Source: Macrostomum lignano
Taxonomy: Eukaryota
Length of the DNA stretch: 64,000 nt
Assembly: GCA_002269645.1 (NCBI GenBank)
Contig: NIVC01002331.1
Location: 62,001 to 126,000 of the forward strand
Direction of reading: 5' to 3'
Positions 19,901 through 32,473 of this stretch are shown here, piece by piece. Positions within the stretch are counted from its first letter, which is position 1. The number at the start of each line of letters is the position of its first letter. Below the pieces are notes generated by a model. The model was not told the DNA's origin. It searched no databases and saw only the letters and a list, made by a program, of their open reading frames with translations. The position numbers and the translations under genes are program-made.

Positions 19901-22900
19901 TGATCTCATCTTTAATCTCACCTTTGATCTTACCGTCAATCTCACCCTTGATCTCATCCTTAATCTCACCTTTGATCTCATCCTCAATCTCACCTTTGAT
20001 CTCATCCTCAATCTCACCTTTGATCTCATCCTCAATCTCACCTTTGATCTCATCCTCAATCTCAGCTTTGATCGCATCCTCAATCTCACCTTTGATCTCA
20101 TCCTCAATCTCACCTTTGATCTCATCCTCAATCTCACCTTTGATCTCATCCTCAATCTCACCTTTGATCTCATCCTCAATCTCACCTTTGATCTCATCGT
20201 CAATCTCACCTTTGATCTCATCCTCAATCTCAGCTTTGATCGCATCCTCAATCTCACCTTTGATCCCATCCTCAATCTCACCTTTGATCTTATCGTCAAT
20301 CTCACCCTTGATCTCATCCTTAATCTCACCTTTGATCTCATCCTCAATCTCACCTTTAATCTCATCCTCAATCTCACCTTTGATCTCATCCTTAATCTCA
20401 CCTTTGATCTCATCCTCAATCTCACCTTTGATCTCATCTTCAATCTCACCTTCGATCTCATCCTTAATCTCACCTTTGATCTTATCGTCAATCTCACCCT
20501 TGATCTCATCCTTAATCTCACCTTTGATCTCATCTTCAATCTCACCTTTGATCTCATCTTCAATCTCACCTTCGATCTCATCTTAATCTCAACCTTTAAT
20601 CTCACCGTCAATCTCACCCAGAGTTATATTGCAATATTCTCAATCTTAACCTAAATCTTCTCTTCTGAGCTCTCATTCTGAATCTCGCATCATTTATCTT
20701 TCATATCAAACTTGGGATGAAAAATAAAAATAGACTCCAGCAAAGGTGACAAGGCCGAGCTCACCATTTGTTCCTCATCAATTGGGCCCAGATTCTTGAT
20801 CAGCATGTTAACTGAGACGGCCACAGGATTGCTGTCTGCAATCGTTTTGTGCAACAAAATTTAGAACATAGAAACTACTGAATTTAGTAGCACGCTACGC
20901 AACTGACAACTATATGCTTAAATTCTGGAAAAAATTTTTGGCTCAGACTGCATCGGCCCTTTGTGACCTCAGCTTGAAACCAGATTTAATTAGCCTTGAT
21001 ACCCAGCTTGGCGTCCTCTGACACACAGTTCAGAACCCTCTGACACACAGTTCAGAACCCTCTGACACACAGTTCAGAACCCTCTGACACACAGTTCAGA
21101 ACCCTCTGACACACAGTTCAGAAGCCTCTGACACACAGTTCAGAACCCTCTGACACACAGTTCAGAACCCTCTGACACATAGTTGAGAACCCTCTGACAC
21201 ACAGTTCAGAACCCTCTGACACACAGTTCAGAACCCTCTGACACACAGTTCAGAACCCTCTGACACATAGTTGAGAACCCTCTGACACACAGTTCAAAAC
21301 CCTCTGACACACAGTTCAGAACCCTCTGACACATAGTTGAGAACCCTCTGACACACAGTTCAAAACCCTCTGACACCCAGCTTGGCGCTTAATGCCATTC
21401 TGATTGGCGCCCCTTGGAGCCCTGGAGCCCATTCCAGAAATCCCCCAGGTTTAATCTGTCATACAGACATCCAGGTGTAGCAGGTAAGGACCTGAACGCT
21501 TAAATTCTTTCTACTTGTGTCACTCGATTTGATAACTTTCCAACTGACTGCCTCGCAGTCCGCACCCAAGATCGCGTGTGTGCCTGCCTTTGTAGCCTGT
21601 GTGCTGCTGTATTCTTTGTTTTAATCTTCTTTGAAATTGAAGTTGCGGGGAGATGTAGAATTATAGTCCAAAGGGAGCTGGGTGCAATTAAAGTACCACC
21701 CCCCCCCGCTGTGACGAGGCAGACATCTCAAACATAGTTAGCAATCTGAGGCAGAAATGACAGAAAAGCAGTGCTGGGACAGAGTAACAAAAAGCAACTG
21801 CACTGGGTCTTGTTTGATTTGCTCGAATATTCATTTGAACGATTTTTCTGCTTATGTCACTTTAACGGTTCGTATTTCTATCTGCTATAGTATTGTGCTC
21901 GATCTGCTCATAGTGCTTGATCTCATCATAATGTTTGATCTGCTTATAGTACTTGATCTGCTCATAGTGTTTGACCTACTCATAGTTTTTTATCTGCTCA
22001 TAGTAGTCTATCTGACTATTTTACTTATTATTCATTGTCTCATTCGCAATACCTGACTTCCTTATCTGCTCATGGATATTTTTCATCAGCTGATTGCAAT
22101 TTATCTGCTCATAGGACTTTACAAAAGTTCTGTGCTTGCCTTTTAAAGTCATCAAACTTCTTCTCATGCGCTCCCAGTCTCAGCTTTTTATGCAGCCAGC
22201 TACTCATAGTTGAGTAGTATAATTCGGTTATAAACTCCTCACCATCCACTTCACGCTCGCCTGTGGTGTTGTTCCACCGCATGTCCAGGCCGGGCCGCAG
22301 GTGGCTGTCGTAGCGAGCCCCGGCCAGGATCTGGTCCAGCACCCGGGACACGCGGACCAGGTGAGACGCGTTGCCTAGCAACGGCACCTGGTCGGCGTCC
22401 TCATTGCTGGAATTTGCGGCTGCGATTGAGACCAGGCAGCAGGTCAGCAGCGCGAGGCTGATGAGGAGCCTTGGGAAGAAAATTAATTTTATTTTTCAAT
22501 TTCAAGGTTTCAAATTTATTGAATTTCTGGAAAGGAATATTTAAAAATTGAAACTTTCGGATGGGGGGGGGTCGTTCTCAAATTCTGGGAGGAGCGAAAA
22601 TTTTAACAATTTTCCGAACATTTACTATTGTTACTGCCGTATTGAAAATAATAGGACACTTTCATCTGTGAATAAAGATAATTTTTGGGTTGAAATTTAT
22701 GTTGCAAAAGTGTTTTAAGTTGTCTTGCGGTATTAGGCGATATTAGGTGATGAAAAAATTCAAATTCAATCACTTCACCGATGTCCTAATTTTTGACACT
22801 ATGATGTCTGTAGCTAAAAAACGTTGTTGTTGTGTTGAAAACTTGCTATATTACATTTAAAATGAAAGCTTATATAAATTTAATTTAAGATTTTTTTAAA

Positions 22901-24050
22901 GCTTAATAAACTGCACTATAAATGATTTTATAGACGCTTAACTGTACGCCTAGCATTTCCGGTGGGATAGCCTCTTTGCGTCTCACAAAATGTATTTTTC
23001 AGCTGACGTCTAGAATGTGCGCTTAAAATGATACATTTTGATGCAGATAATTAGAAAAACATGTCTTATTATCTTTTTGTAAAAAATTGTTATGAAATAG
23101 AGCACTATTGTTGATAAAAATAATTAAAAGCAACCATGCATCGCAATAAACTCCTACTTTGAAGCACAAAATAAATATCCTGTAACCACACTAGCATTCT
23201 CCATGGAGCACCTTTTGAGCTGAAATTTTACACAGATATCCAGTAAAGTAAACTGAGCAAATGATTTTTTTTGTTTTTGAAAATACTTCAATTTGGCTAT
23301 GTATCAGTTAGTTCATTGGACATATTTATTATATTTTTATTAGAATCCTTGTAACCAAGCTACAGAGAAACATGTGCAAAACTGGACCTTGAAATTTGAC
23401 CTGAATGATCAGCAAATGTGTATCTCAAAATGATTTTTTTTGTTTTCATCAAGTCATTCTATGCTAATTTTTTCTGAAGGGAAAGATACCATATATTTAG
23501 AGTCAATAGGGGAAGCATTTAGACTTATTCAATAGTCATTAAAATTGCAACTATATTATTATAAGATAGTAATAATATTATATACATGTATTATATAGTA
23601 ATATTAACTTCTAAGATGCCCTTATAAATTTAAGTAAAGACAACAGGCCTTAATTATTTAATCAGCATTTTGAAGAAACTGACCTTATACAGATGGGCCC
23701 CAAGCTAAGAAATGAATGTAGAGCTTATTTCGTGTAAGGTATAAAAATCAATTTATTATAATATTAAATACTCCTAATAAATTGGTTAAATTAGTTATTT
23801 ACCTTGAATTAATTTAATTTAATAATTAAATATATAAATTTGTTTCACTTCTTACTGCATTTAAATAGAGTACCTCTCTACTATACTATAGAAGTATAGT
23901 AAAAGTATATGGTAAAAAAGTATAGTAAAAAATTTTCTTTGGTTTAATCCCAGCTTGCCTCAGTTTTTTAGTCTTAATACGAGCTAGATAGTAAGTGTTG
24001 ATTAATTTGCTCCATCACCTTTTGCCACGGAAACAGCACATGTCGGACAT
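16916..24050 (-). CDS. Cys-loop ligand-gated anion channel subunit (GABA-A alpha/Grd-like); 8 coding exons, ~480 aa
   Basis: Exons 24050-24019, 22469-~22261, 20835-20765, 19453-19224, 19155-19073, 18449-18255, 18179-18027, 17385-16916; phases compatible, 1443 nt. Signal peptide; YDSHLRPG; YFRQCW; [10 protein letters not shown]; Cys-loop [15 protein letters not shown] (C-x13-C); M1 [20 protein letters not shown]; PAR motif and M2 [14 protein letters not shown]; M3 [20 protein letters not shown]; M4 [10 protein letters not shown]. Confidence 0.93.
17390..18012. repeat. 12-bp minisatellite ATGAGTGAGTTC / ATGACTGAGTTT
   Basis: Fills receptor intron 7 essentially from donor to acceptor. Confidence 0.97.
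18490..19025. repeat. ~40-bp dimeric minisatellite (GTGCGTGAACACCCATGAAAACA / GTGTGTGAATACCCGTGAAAAAA)
   Basis: Fills receptor intron 5. Confidence 0.95.
19520..20610. repeat. 24-bp minisatellite TTTGATCTCATCCTCAATCTCACC
   Basis: About 45 copies in receptor intron 3. Confidence 0.97.
21015..21378. repeat. 22-bp minisatellite CCTCTGACACACAGTTCAGAAC
   Basis: About 16 copies in receptor intron 2, bracketed by CCCAGCTTGGCG on both sides. Confidence 0.95.
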
Positions 24051-26494
24051 GCAACACTCTTCCTGATCCCTGGATTCAAGATGACTGCTTCTGCTTCTTC
24101 AATGCTTGAAAACTGAGCTCATGGAGCTTTAGGTTATGCTGTCAGAGTGCTGCTGCCGGTGCTGTGTGTGTATGTGTGTGTCTTCTGCGGGTAGGTTCCC
24201 TGTCCCTCAGTTTAGCCACTGTTGTGGGCTAACTGGAGGAATTGCCGTTGTCGGTGCTGCAGGTGGCACTGCATGGTAGTATTGACGCTGTCAGTGACGC
24301 TGGCAAAGGCTTGGACGAAGCTAGGTGCCGTCATTGTCAGGAGGACATGCGTGTGCTGCTTAGACCAGTGCGCACATTCGACTGGACTCGTATCTGGTGC
24401 AGTCTGGTGTATTCACTGAGATTGTGTGGATCTGCCTCCTCGCATCACCTCAACCAGGCTCAATTTCTTTTGTAGAATTTTCGTGCGCTGCTTAACTGCA
24501 TCTTGTGCCTGCTGAGTGATGCCAAGAATTGTGCCACACAATAATTTGGCCCATAAACTACGAGCTACTCGTATATTATACATATGTATGCACAACACAC
24601 ACACACGCAGTTCATTCACATTAAACGTACTAGTTAATGGAATTCTCATCTCATGAGCTCTAGTCTATGGACAAACCTGAAATTACTAGAATATCTAGAC
24701 AGATCTAAACTTCTTTGAGCAGCGCGCTGCGCTGCGAGCAAAATACATGTAGATTCCTTAGCGCAACTAATTAAAAGTGTAGTACAGTCTACAGCCTGAA
24801 GTAGCCTGTGTAAGATGCGGAGGGATGATTTTTGCATAGGAAGCCACTACGGTAAGGTTGATGGAACTATGGGGAGGTGAGAGATTCAAAGCGAGGGACG
24901 GAAGCCATGCATAGTTCGATCATAAGTTTGATTATTGCATGAGTCTGGGGATGCATTAACGAGAGGCGGACGAGAGCATAGAAATAAAGCGGGCTAAATA
25001 TATTAATACACAAAATTACATGTACTAGCTAGTAATTTCAGAATGGTCAGCGACTCCTCCGATTTGTATCCGCGACCGCGTGCCCACAAATCCCCCGGCA
25101 GACCCTGTCGCAGTTGGTGGTTGTGCACAGAATACAATGTTAATTTTCAAGCTTCTCTGCAAAAAAATGTGTGATGCACTCAAGATGCGTGCTATAGTCT
25201 ACTTCTTTGATTGATGGCTGGGTTTTGCCTTTTCGCTTGTGATCATCAAAAGCTTGGGCGTCATTGCTACTGGTGTTTCAGTGTGCGCATTATGTCTGGT
25301 TATCATATTATGTGCATGTGCAGTGTCTTTTACCTACATTTTTGTTTGTCTCTGTTTCCTGCATGCTCTTTCGCATTTTTACACCTCGCACATCCTCATT
25401 TTTCTCAATTAACAAGTGAAATCTTTTCTTAAAGACTAATTGCTATTTTAGTTAAGCTAGTAGGTTTTTGGTAATTAAATAATTCAATTTTGTCTATTTT
25501 CCAAAAAGTTAAAAAAAATGAATTAATTAAAATAAATTTGAATTATTTTAAGTTAATTGGAGTAAAATGTCTAATAAGTAACTATAATTTTTTATTTTAA
25601 GTCCATGTAGCTTTGGTATAAGTATTAATGTAATGAGTACTTAAAGTAAAATCAAGCAAGTTATAGTTTTCAGAAATTATGCTACAAATAATCAAATATA
25701 TACTAGTATCCGAATTCCTTTATTAAGGAACATGCAGTCGATATTAAATCCACAATGTGCTTTTTGGTGTTCAAGGATAGTTCCCTGACTTTTTCTATTA
25801 TTAGTTAGATTTTATTATATTTAATGTAAAAATGAACAATTCTTTTCAAGGTAAAAATGAACATTCTTTATTTGTCGAATCATCTTGCCTTTGAAAAGAT
25901 ACATAGTGAAAACAAGATTTTTAATTCAACCTTTCAAGATTTATTTAGACTTCTTAATTCAGTGATTATTTAAACTGATCGAAGTTCTTTCGAGTGCATG
26001 CTATAATAATTTCGCACTTTTTCGCACACGATAATTTTAAATGTCTGGGATTTAGAGCAGAGTAACAAAATGCTGTGCTCAAAAACATTTCCTTTGTCAA
26101 TTTCTTGTTCTTTTATTTTTGCAAAAGAAATTTAACTGCATATTTAAAATAAAAATGGAAGAAAATTTTATTTTCTCTTTAATATTTTTGTCGTTTATTT
26201 TCCGCAACAAAGAATAACAAATAGCCTTGATTTCTTCTCAATTTCAAGTTTTCTTGTGGTTTTAGTAGCAGCTTCTTACAGAAATTGTCGTAAGAATTTT
26301 TTTTGTACGATTATTGGTCGATGTATAAACTTTTTTTGCAATAACAAAAAGTTGTGACCTAGCTTTGAGAACGACCCGGGGATTTTATCGAAGTTAGAAC
26401 TCTTGGGATTAAGAGTTTTAATTTTTCTGGATTGGGATTTTTTAGAATCAGGATTTTCGAGATTGAGAATGGTATTTCTTGGAATTGAGGTTTT

Positions 26495-26880
26495 TAGCAG
26501 TGGGATTTTTGAATATGGCATTTTTGGGATTTAGACTTTTGGGATTGGCATTTTTGGGATTTAGACTTTTGGGATTGGCATCTTTGGGATTTAGACTTTT
26601 CGGATTGGCATTTTTGGGATTTAGACTTTTGGGATTGGCATTTTTGGAATTTAGGTTTTCGGCACTGGGATTTTTAAGATTAGGATTTTTGGCATTTAGG
26701 TTTTAGTGAATGCGATTTTTGGGAATGCAATTTGACGGAATTAAGATTAGGAATTTTTCGATGGGAGATTTTTTTGCAATAGGGATTGTTGAAATGGAGA
26801 TTTTATAATAGGATGCTTTGAAATGATTTTTTTGCAATAGGGATTGTTGAAATGGAGATTTTATAATAGGATGCTTTGAA
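26495..26880. repeat. 30-bp minisatellite GGATTTAGACTTTTGGGATTGGCATTTTTG plus a ~58-bp tandem duplication
   Basis: About 6 copies at 26495-26710; duplication at 26765-26880. Confidence 0.88.
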
Positions 26881-27479
26881 ATGTGACACTAAAGATAAAG
26901 ATAATGCATCAATTCTTGTACTTGATTTGATTGAATGCGCAGCACTTCAAGGTAGGTTGTACTTTATCAGAAATTTTAACAGGCAATTTGTAGGCCATTA
27001 TGCTTTTCTGTCGAACTATGCTCTCTCTCTCCCTCAATGTTTCATCTTATTAACTATGCATGAAGCTTCGTGCTTTGATATTTGATCGGCTGTTGGTTCA
27101 GCAAGCAGTCAAATAGCTGCACACATGCAGAGAGGCTTATAACGCGGATATTAAAAACTCTTTGATCACAGTTAAGGACACTCCTTCTGCTGCGTGACGC
27201 CCTGATCGTGACTGACTTGGCAGGGAACTGGATATTTCCATCGCTAGATCCGGTGGGATTTCCCACATGAGACTGACTGGCAGCTGTTAAAATTTATAAA
27301 TATCGTACGAGTAAAGCAAAGATTTATCAATAGAAATAAAGTGGATTGCTAATCTAGCTATCAAAAGGGGGGGGGTTTCTGCGCTTCTTCGCGGAAATAG
27401 GCCAGGGGGTTGTCCTGCGATTCACACCAGGGATAAGGGCTAATCCCCTAGGCACAGCCTGTGCCTGAGTACGGTATTG

Positions 27480-27915
27480 GCGCGCTGGTGTGTGCTCGGG
27501 AGTCAGCGGGATGGGCAGAATGGCCTCAGCGCTGGTGTGTGCTCGGGAGTCAGCGGGATGGGCAGAATGGCCTCAGCGCTGGTGTGTGCTCGGGAGTCAG
27601 CGGGATGGGCAGAATGGCCTCAGCGCTGGTGTGTGCTCGGGAGTCAGCGGGATGGGCAGAATGGCCTCAGCGCTGGTGTGTGCTCGGGAGTCAGCGGAAT
27701 GGGCAGAATTGCCTCAGCGCTGGTGTGTGCTCGGGAGTCAGCGGGATGGGCAGAATGGCCTCAGCGCTGGTGTGTGCTCGGGAGTCAGCGGGATGGGCAG
27801 AATGGCCTCAGCGCTGGTGTGTGCTCAGGAGTCAGCGGGATGGGCAGAATGGCCTCAACGCTGGTGTGTGCTCAGGAGTCAGCAGGATGGGCAGAATGGC
27901 CTCAGCGGAATGGGC
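27480..27915. repeat. 47-bp minisatellite GCGCTGGTGTGTGCTCGGGAGTCAGCGGGATGGGCAGAATGGCCTCA
   Basis: About 9 copies. Confidence 0.96.
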
Positions 27916-28754
27916 AGAACTGCGTGTTCGTGGGACGTCGTTTCAATTGTACAAATTTCCCCAGGAATCTCAGCACCATGCGCCCGAGTTGACTCCGCCT
28001 GCGGTGGTGGCGGTGGTGGTGGTCGGACTCGGGTACAATCAATTCGATTAGAAGTTCACCCAGCGATATCCTTGCTACTGACTGACACTGCGGATAGACG
28101 GATCCAGACAGATTAATTTGTCCGAGTGGAGGCGGCCCGCAGCCTCCCTCTCGGTAGCATAATTGGATGATGAAGCTTTGCTCGTTGGGGAGGCCCGCTA
28201 GACGAACGGAATCACACTTGAACGGCCGGCCCCTTTTTCTTTACGCACTTTATCCGATTTCCAGTCGTTAAGATCCCGGATCCTGCAGGGCTCAGACAAA
28301 TCATCCAGCGGTTCCTGTGTGTGTTTTTTGAGTCTGTTTTTTCTAGCGCTAACGGCTAACGAATTCGCAGGAGATGCAAAGAACAGGCCGTGTCGTGGAG
28401 CCGCATAAGTTTACAAGCCAAGCTGGCGGTTGCTGTTCTGATGCGCAATTGCCAGCTAGGGTGAATGCCACGTGATAGTTGATAATTTGCCTGCATGATC
28501 AGCCCAGGTGTTTGGAGAGAGGGATTATAGAGAGGAATTAGCAATGGATTGCTAATCTATCTTCCTCATTCATGATGGATGGCTTATATAAGATAGATTG
28601 AAAAAAAAGTTTTTCTATAATTGATATAGTATAGAATGGATTGCTAATCTATTCAAATTTGAATATAATGAAAGAAGAATGAATTGATAATCTATCCTTT
28701 ATAGATAAAGAAATAGAGTGGATTGCTAATCTATCCAGTATGGATAATGAAATA

Positions 28755-29460
28755 GCGAGGATTGCTAATCTAGCCAACATGAATAGATTAAATGGATTGG
28801 ATTGCTAATCTAGCCAACATGGATAGATTAAATGGATTGGATTGCTAATCTAGCCAACATGGATAGATTAAATGGATTGGATTGCTAATCTAGCCAACAT
28901 GAATATATTAAATGAATTGGATTGCTAATCTAGCCAACATGGATAGATTAAATGGATTGGATTGCTAATCTAGCCAACATGAATAGATTAAATGGATTGG
29001 ATTGCTAATCTAGCCAACATGAATATATTAAATGAATTGGATTGCTAATCTAGCCAACATGAATAGATTAAATGGATTGGATTGCTAATCTAGCCAACAT
29101 GGATAGATTAAATGGATTGGATTGCTAATCTAGCCAACATGAATATATTAAATGAATTGGATTGCTAATCTAGCCAACATGAATAGATTAAATGGATTGG
29201 ATTGCTAATCTAGCCAACATGAATAGATTAAATGGATTGGATTGCTAATCTAGCCAACATGAATATATTAAATGAATTGGATTGCTAATCTAGCCAACAT
29301 GAATATATTAAATGAATTGGATTGCTAATCTAGCCAACATGAATAGATTAAATGGATTGGATTGCTAATCTAGCCAACATGGATAGATTAAATGGATTGG
29401 ATTGCTAATCTAGCCAACATGGATAGATTAAATGGATTGGATTGCTAATCTAGCCAACAT
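28755..29460. repeat. 40-bp minisatellite GGATTGCTAATCTAGCCAACATGAATAGATTAAATGGATT
   Basis: About 18 copies. Degenerate GGATTGCTAATCTA monomers also occur at ~27345 and 28545-28750. Confidence 0.96.
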
Positions 29461-30157
29461 TGGATAAAGGAAGCTTCAGCAGTCTCTTTCTCTGTTTCCG
29501 CAGAGCCGAAACGCTCCCATCAGACTTGGCACCGCAGCTCTGACAGGATCAATAAAAAGAATTGACAAAACCAGTGAGGCTGAGTTTTCAGCAGTCCACA
29601 CCGATGGGAAAAGCACTTAAAGTTAAAACTTGAAGTTGCAGAGCGAAGTAGCAGCGAGTACGTGAAGCTGAGATTGCACAAAAGGCACTCACGAATGCTG
29701 GAGCAGTCGCATATCAGTCCAGAGCAGGTCAGGTTGCTGCCCTACTGGCTGCACAAATTTTGCTTCTCCTAATAGAGAGGCAGTCGTGAGCGCAGGTTTT
29801 GTGCCTTTCCCACTTCCCAATGAAATTTAAACAGCTTTGAACCAATCGGCTTTTAGCAGAAACCCAACGGTTTCACGATACGAGTTTTAGTGTATAATTT
29901 AGGCTAATTTATAATCCTACTATTAGTAGAAACAGAGGACTAAACTCGCAGGACATCTTGAATGAAAATTGAAAAGAAGACTTTTAGACATTAAAAAAGC
30001 GATTTTAAAATCGACCTGGAAAAGTTTGTCACAAGCAACGAGACCGGAACTTACAATATTCAGTCAATACTACTTGCGAGTGTCATAAAAGTAATATCGG
30101 TTGCGAATAAACTAATTTGCTTTAAAATGGGGTCAAATTTCTCGCTACTTAAAGTAG

Positions 30158-32473
30158 TCACGGCAGATCAAAGGACCAAACGCAATTTGCGTCCGAATCG
30201 GCCACAAACAGTCGGACAAGGCCCTTCTTCGGATACTCGTACACGGACAGGCCAACCGGACGGCGCATGTCCGGCCGGGCCAGACGGTAGACGAGGTCGC
30301 CGTTGGCCGAGATAGCGTTCACGCAGCCGCCTGCGGAGTCTGTGGCGTACACCAGGCCGCGGCTGTCCACTGCGCAGGCTGAGGGAGCGCCCAGGCTGTA
30401 GCCAAAATTGCTGCTTCCGCCCTGGCTTCCGCCCTGGCTTCCGCCCTGGCTTCCGCCCTGGCTTCCGCCCTGGCTTCCGCCCTGGCTTCCGCCCTGGCTT
30501 CCGCCCTGGCTTCCGCCCTGGCTTCCGCCCTGGCTTCCGCCCTGGCTTCCGCCCTGGCTTCCGCCCTGGCTTCCGCCCTGGCTTCCGCCCTGGCTTCCGC
30601 CCTGGCTTCCGCCCTGGCTTCCGCCCTGGCTTCCGCCCTGGCTTCCGCCCTGGCTTCCGCCCTGGCTTCCGCCCTGGCTTCCGCCCTGGCTTCCGCCCTG
30701 GCTTCCGCCCTGGCTTCCGCCCTGGCTTCCGCCCTGGCTTCCGCCCTGGCTTCCGCCCTGGCTTCCGCCCTGGCTTCCGCCCTGGCTTCCGCCCTGGCTT
30801 CCGCCCTGGCTTCCGCCCTGGCTTCCGCCCTGGCTTCCGCCCTGGCTTCCGCCCTGGCTTCCGCCCTGGCTTCCGCCCTGGCTTCCGCCCTGGCTTCCGC
30901 CCTGGCTTCCGCCCTGGCTTCCGCCCTGGCTTCCGCCCTGGCTTCCGCCCTGGCTTCCGCCCTGGCTTCCGCCCTGGCTTCCGCCCTGGCTTCCGCCCTG
31001 GCTTCCGCCCTGGCTTCCGCCCTGGCTTCCGCCCTGGCTTCCGCCCTGGCTTCCGCCCTGGCTTCCGCCCTGGCTTCCGCCCTGGCTTCCGCCCTGGCTT
31101 CCGCCCTGGCTTCCGCCCTGGCTTCCGCCCTGGATTCCGCCCTGGCTTCCGCCCTGGCTTCCGCCCTGGCTTCCGCCCTGGCTTCCGCCCTGGCTTCCGC
31201 CCTGGCTTCCGCCCTGGCTTCCGCCCTGGCTTCCGCCCTGGCTTCCGCCCTGGCTTCCGCCCTGGCTTCCGCCCTGGCTTCCGCCCTGGCTTCCGCCCTG
31301 GCTTCCGCCCTGGCTTCCGCCCTGGCTTCCGCCGCCAGCAACCGGAGGGAAGACGGCGACAACTCGCTGGGTGAATTCGCACAGCTTGGCCAGGCAGGCC
31401 GGAGCCACCGAGCAGATGTACAGATGCGGCGGCTTCCTGGCCAGGCCGAACGCCGTCTCGCTGCCGTCCCAGCGCCGCCGGAACAGGTGGCTGACGTCCG
31501 TCGGCTCCCAGCAGGCGCGCGTCGAAATGAGAAGCGCCGAGGCATCAACGCGACTGGCATCGTCGTCCAGGACCTCCTCGCCAGCAGCTTCGGCTGTCAC
31601 CACGGCGAAAGCGAACAGCTCCTTGGGCTTGTTGCCGAAGCTCAGGCCGAAGGGCAGGCAGATTGCCCGGTCGGTGAGGCCGAAGTCTGCGCCAACCAGT
31701 CGCCGAATGACGCCGCCGGAGAGGTCCATCAGCAGCACCGACGAGCCGGCGCCGCCTCCGGTCGGCTTGACAACCGACACGGCAAGCAAACCGTCTGAGT
31801 TGCTGGCCGAGAGGCCGGCGATGAAGTCGCCAGCCTCCAGGCCCGCTGGGCGCAGCGGCACCGTCAGGCGAGTCGGCGGCGGCAATACCAGCGACAGCCG
31901 ACAGACGGAGCCGCCCTCAGCGTGCGCCACGGCCAGGCAAGGAGGCGGCACCTCCAGCCAGCCGGCCTCCCCCGCCAGCTCCGCCTCGTCGCCGTTCACC
32001 AGTCGGAGGCGCGGCTGATCGGCGACGTCCCGGACTCGAATCCGAAGGTGGCAAGTCCGGGCGCAGGCGGCCACCAGGCTGGGCGCGAGGATGCCCGGCG
32101 CGGCGATGGCCGTCGCTCGCTGCGCCGGCACGGCGCCATCCAGCCGGCCAACGCGCGGCGGCGGCGTGGCATCGGCGACGCGGAGTCGCGGCAGCAGGGT
32201 GCCCAGCCGGTGCCGCAGGTTGCCAAGGTAGCCAATGACGTCGCTCTGATCGGCAAAGTTGCAGCAGCGGCTGTCAGCATCGGCCTGCAGCTGGGATTCA
32301 ACAGTCAGACGCTGCTCGGCGAGGTCCTTCAGCAGTCGGTCCCGTTGCTGCGTCAGCAGCTCGTGCAGCCGGTTGAACTCGGCGTCCAGCTCGACCGCCT
32401 GCCAGTCGAAGAGGTCGAGACGCCGACGCAGCTGCTCAGCTGAGAGGCGGTCGCGGTTCGGAGTTCGACTCAT
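30158..32473 (-). CDS. Intronless coiled-coil + NHL/beta-propeller-like protein (TRIM-NHL-like, no RING/B-box seen) with in-frame (GGSQ)n expansion
   Basis: Continuous ORF: first ATG at 32473, frame open from 32617. GC-rich codon usage. N-terminal heptad region ([23 protein letters not shown]). C-terminal NHL-like blades ([22 protein letters not shown]; RRPVGLSVY...[14 protein letters not shown]). The family assignment is by motif resemblance. Confidence 0.72.
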   Translation of the reverse strand: MSRTPNRDRLSAEQLRRRLDLFDWQAVELDAEFNRLHELLTQQRDRLLKDLAEQRLTVESQLQADADSRCCNFADQSDVIGYLGNLRHRLGTLLPRLRVADATPPPRVGRLDGAVPAQRATAIAAPGILAPSLVAACARTCHLRIRVRDVADQPRLRLVNGDEAELAGEAGWLEVPPPCLAVAHAEGGSVCRLSLVLPPPTRLTVPLRPAGLEAGDFIAGLSASNSDGLLAVSVVKPTGGGAGSSVLLMDLSGGVIRRLVGADFGLTDRAICLPFGLSFGNKPKELFAFAVVTAEAAGEEVLDDDASRVDASALLISTRACWEPTDVSHLFRRRWDGSETAFGLARKPPHLYICSVAPACLAKLCEFTQRVVAVFPPVAGGGSQGGSQGGSQGGSQGGSQGGSQGGSQGGSQGGSQGGSQGGSQGGSQGGSQGGSQGGSQGGSQGGIQGGSQGGSQGGSQGGSQGGSQGGSQGGSQGGSQGGSQGGSQGGSQGGSQGGSQGGSQGGSQGGSQGGSQGGSQGGSQGGSQGGSQGGSQGGSQGGSQGGSQGGSQGGSQGGSQGGSQGGSQGGSQGGSQGGSQGGSQGGSQGGSQGGSQGGSQGGSQGGSQGGSQGGSQGGSQGGSQGGSQGGSQGGSQGGSQGGSQGGSQGGSQGGSQGGSQGGSQGGSQGGSQGGSQGGSQGGSQGGSSNFGYSLGAPSACAVDSRGLVYATDSAGGCVNAISANGDLVYRLARPDMRRPVGLSVYEYPKKGLVRLFVADSDANCVWSFDLP
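30413..31333. repeat. 12-bp coding minisatellite (GCTTCCGCCCTG)n, read as GGSQ on the minus strand
   Basis: About 76 copies; one variant copy near 31133. Confidence 0.98.

Noticed and set aside
19469-20617. 382-aa Arg/Lys-rich (MRSKVRL)n protamine-like ORF
   Set aside because: It is a 24-bp intronic minisatellite between receptor exons 3 and 4, which join in phase without it.
20612-20624. 13-bp match to the exon 7 donor region (18021-18033)
   Set aside because: Matches of this length are expected by chance in 64 kb, and no in-frame exon is supported.
30168-32018. Alternative-frame ORFs (PGRK)n, (AEAR)n, (PPWL)n
   Set aside because: Shadow frames of the 12-bp array; only the GGSQ frame has domain-like flanks on both sides.
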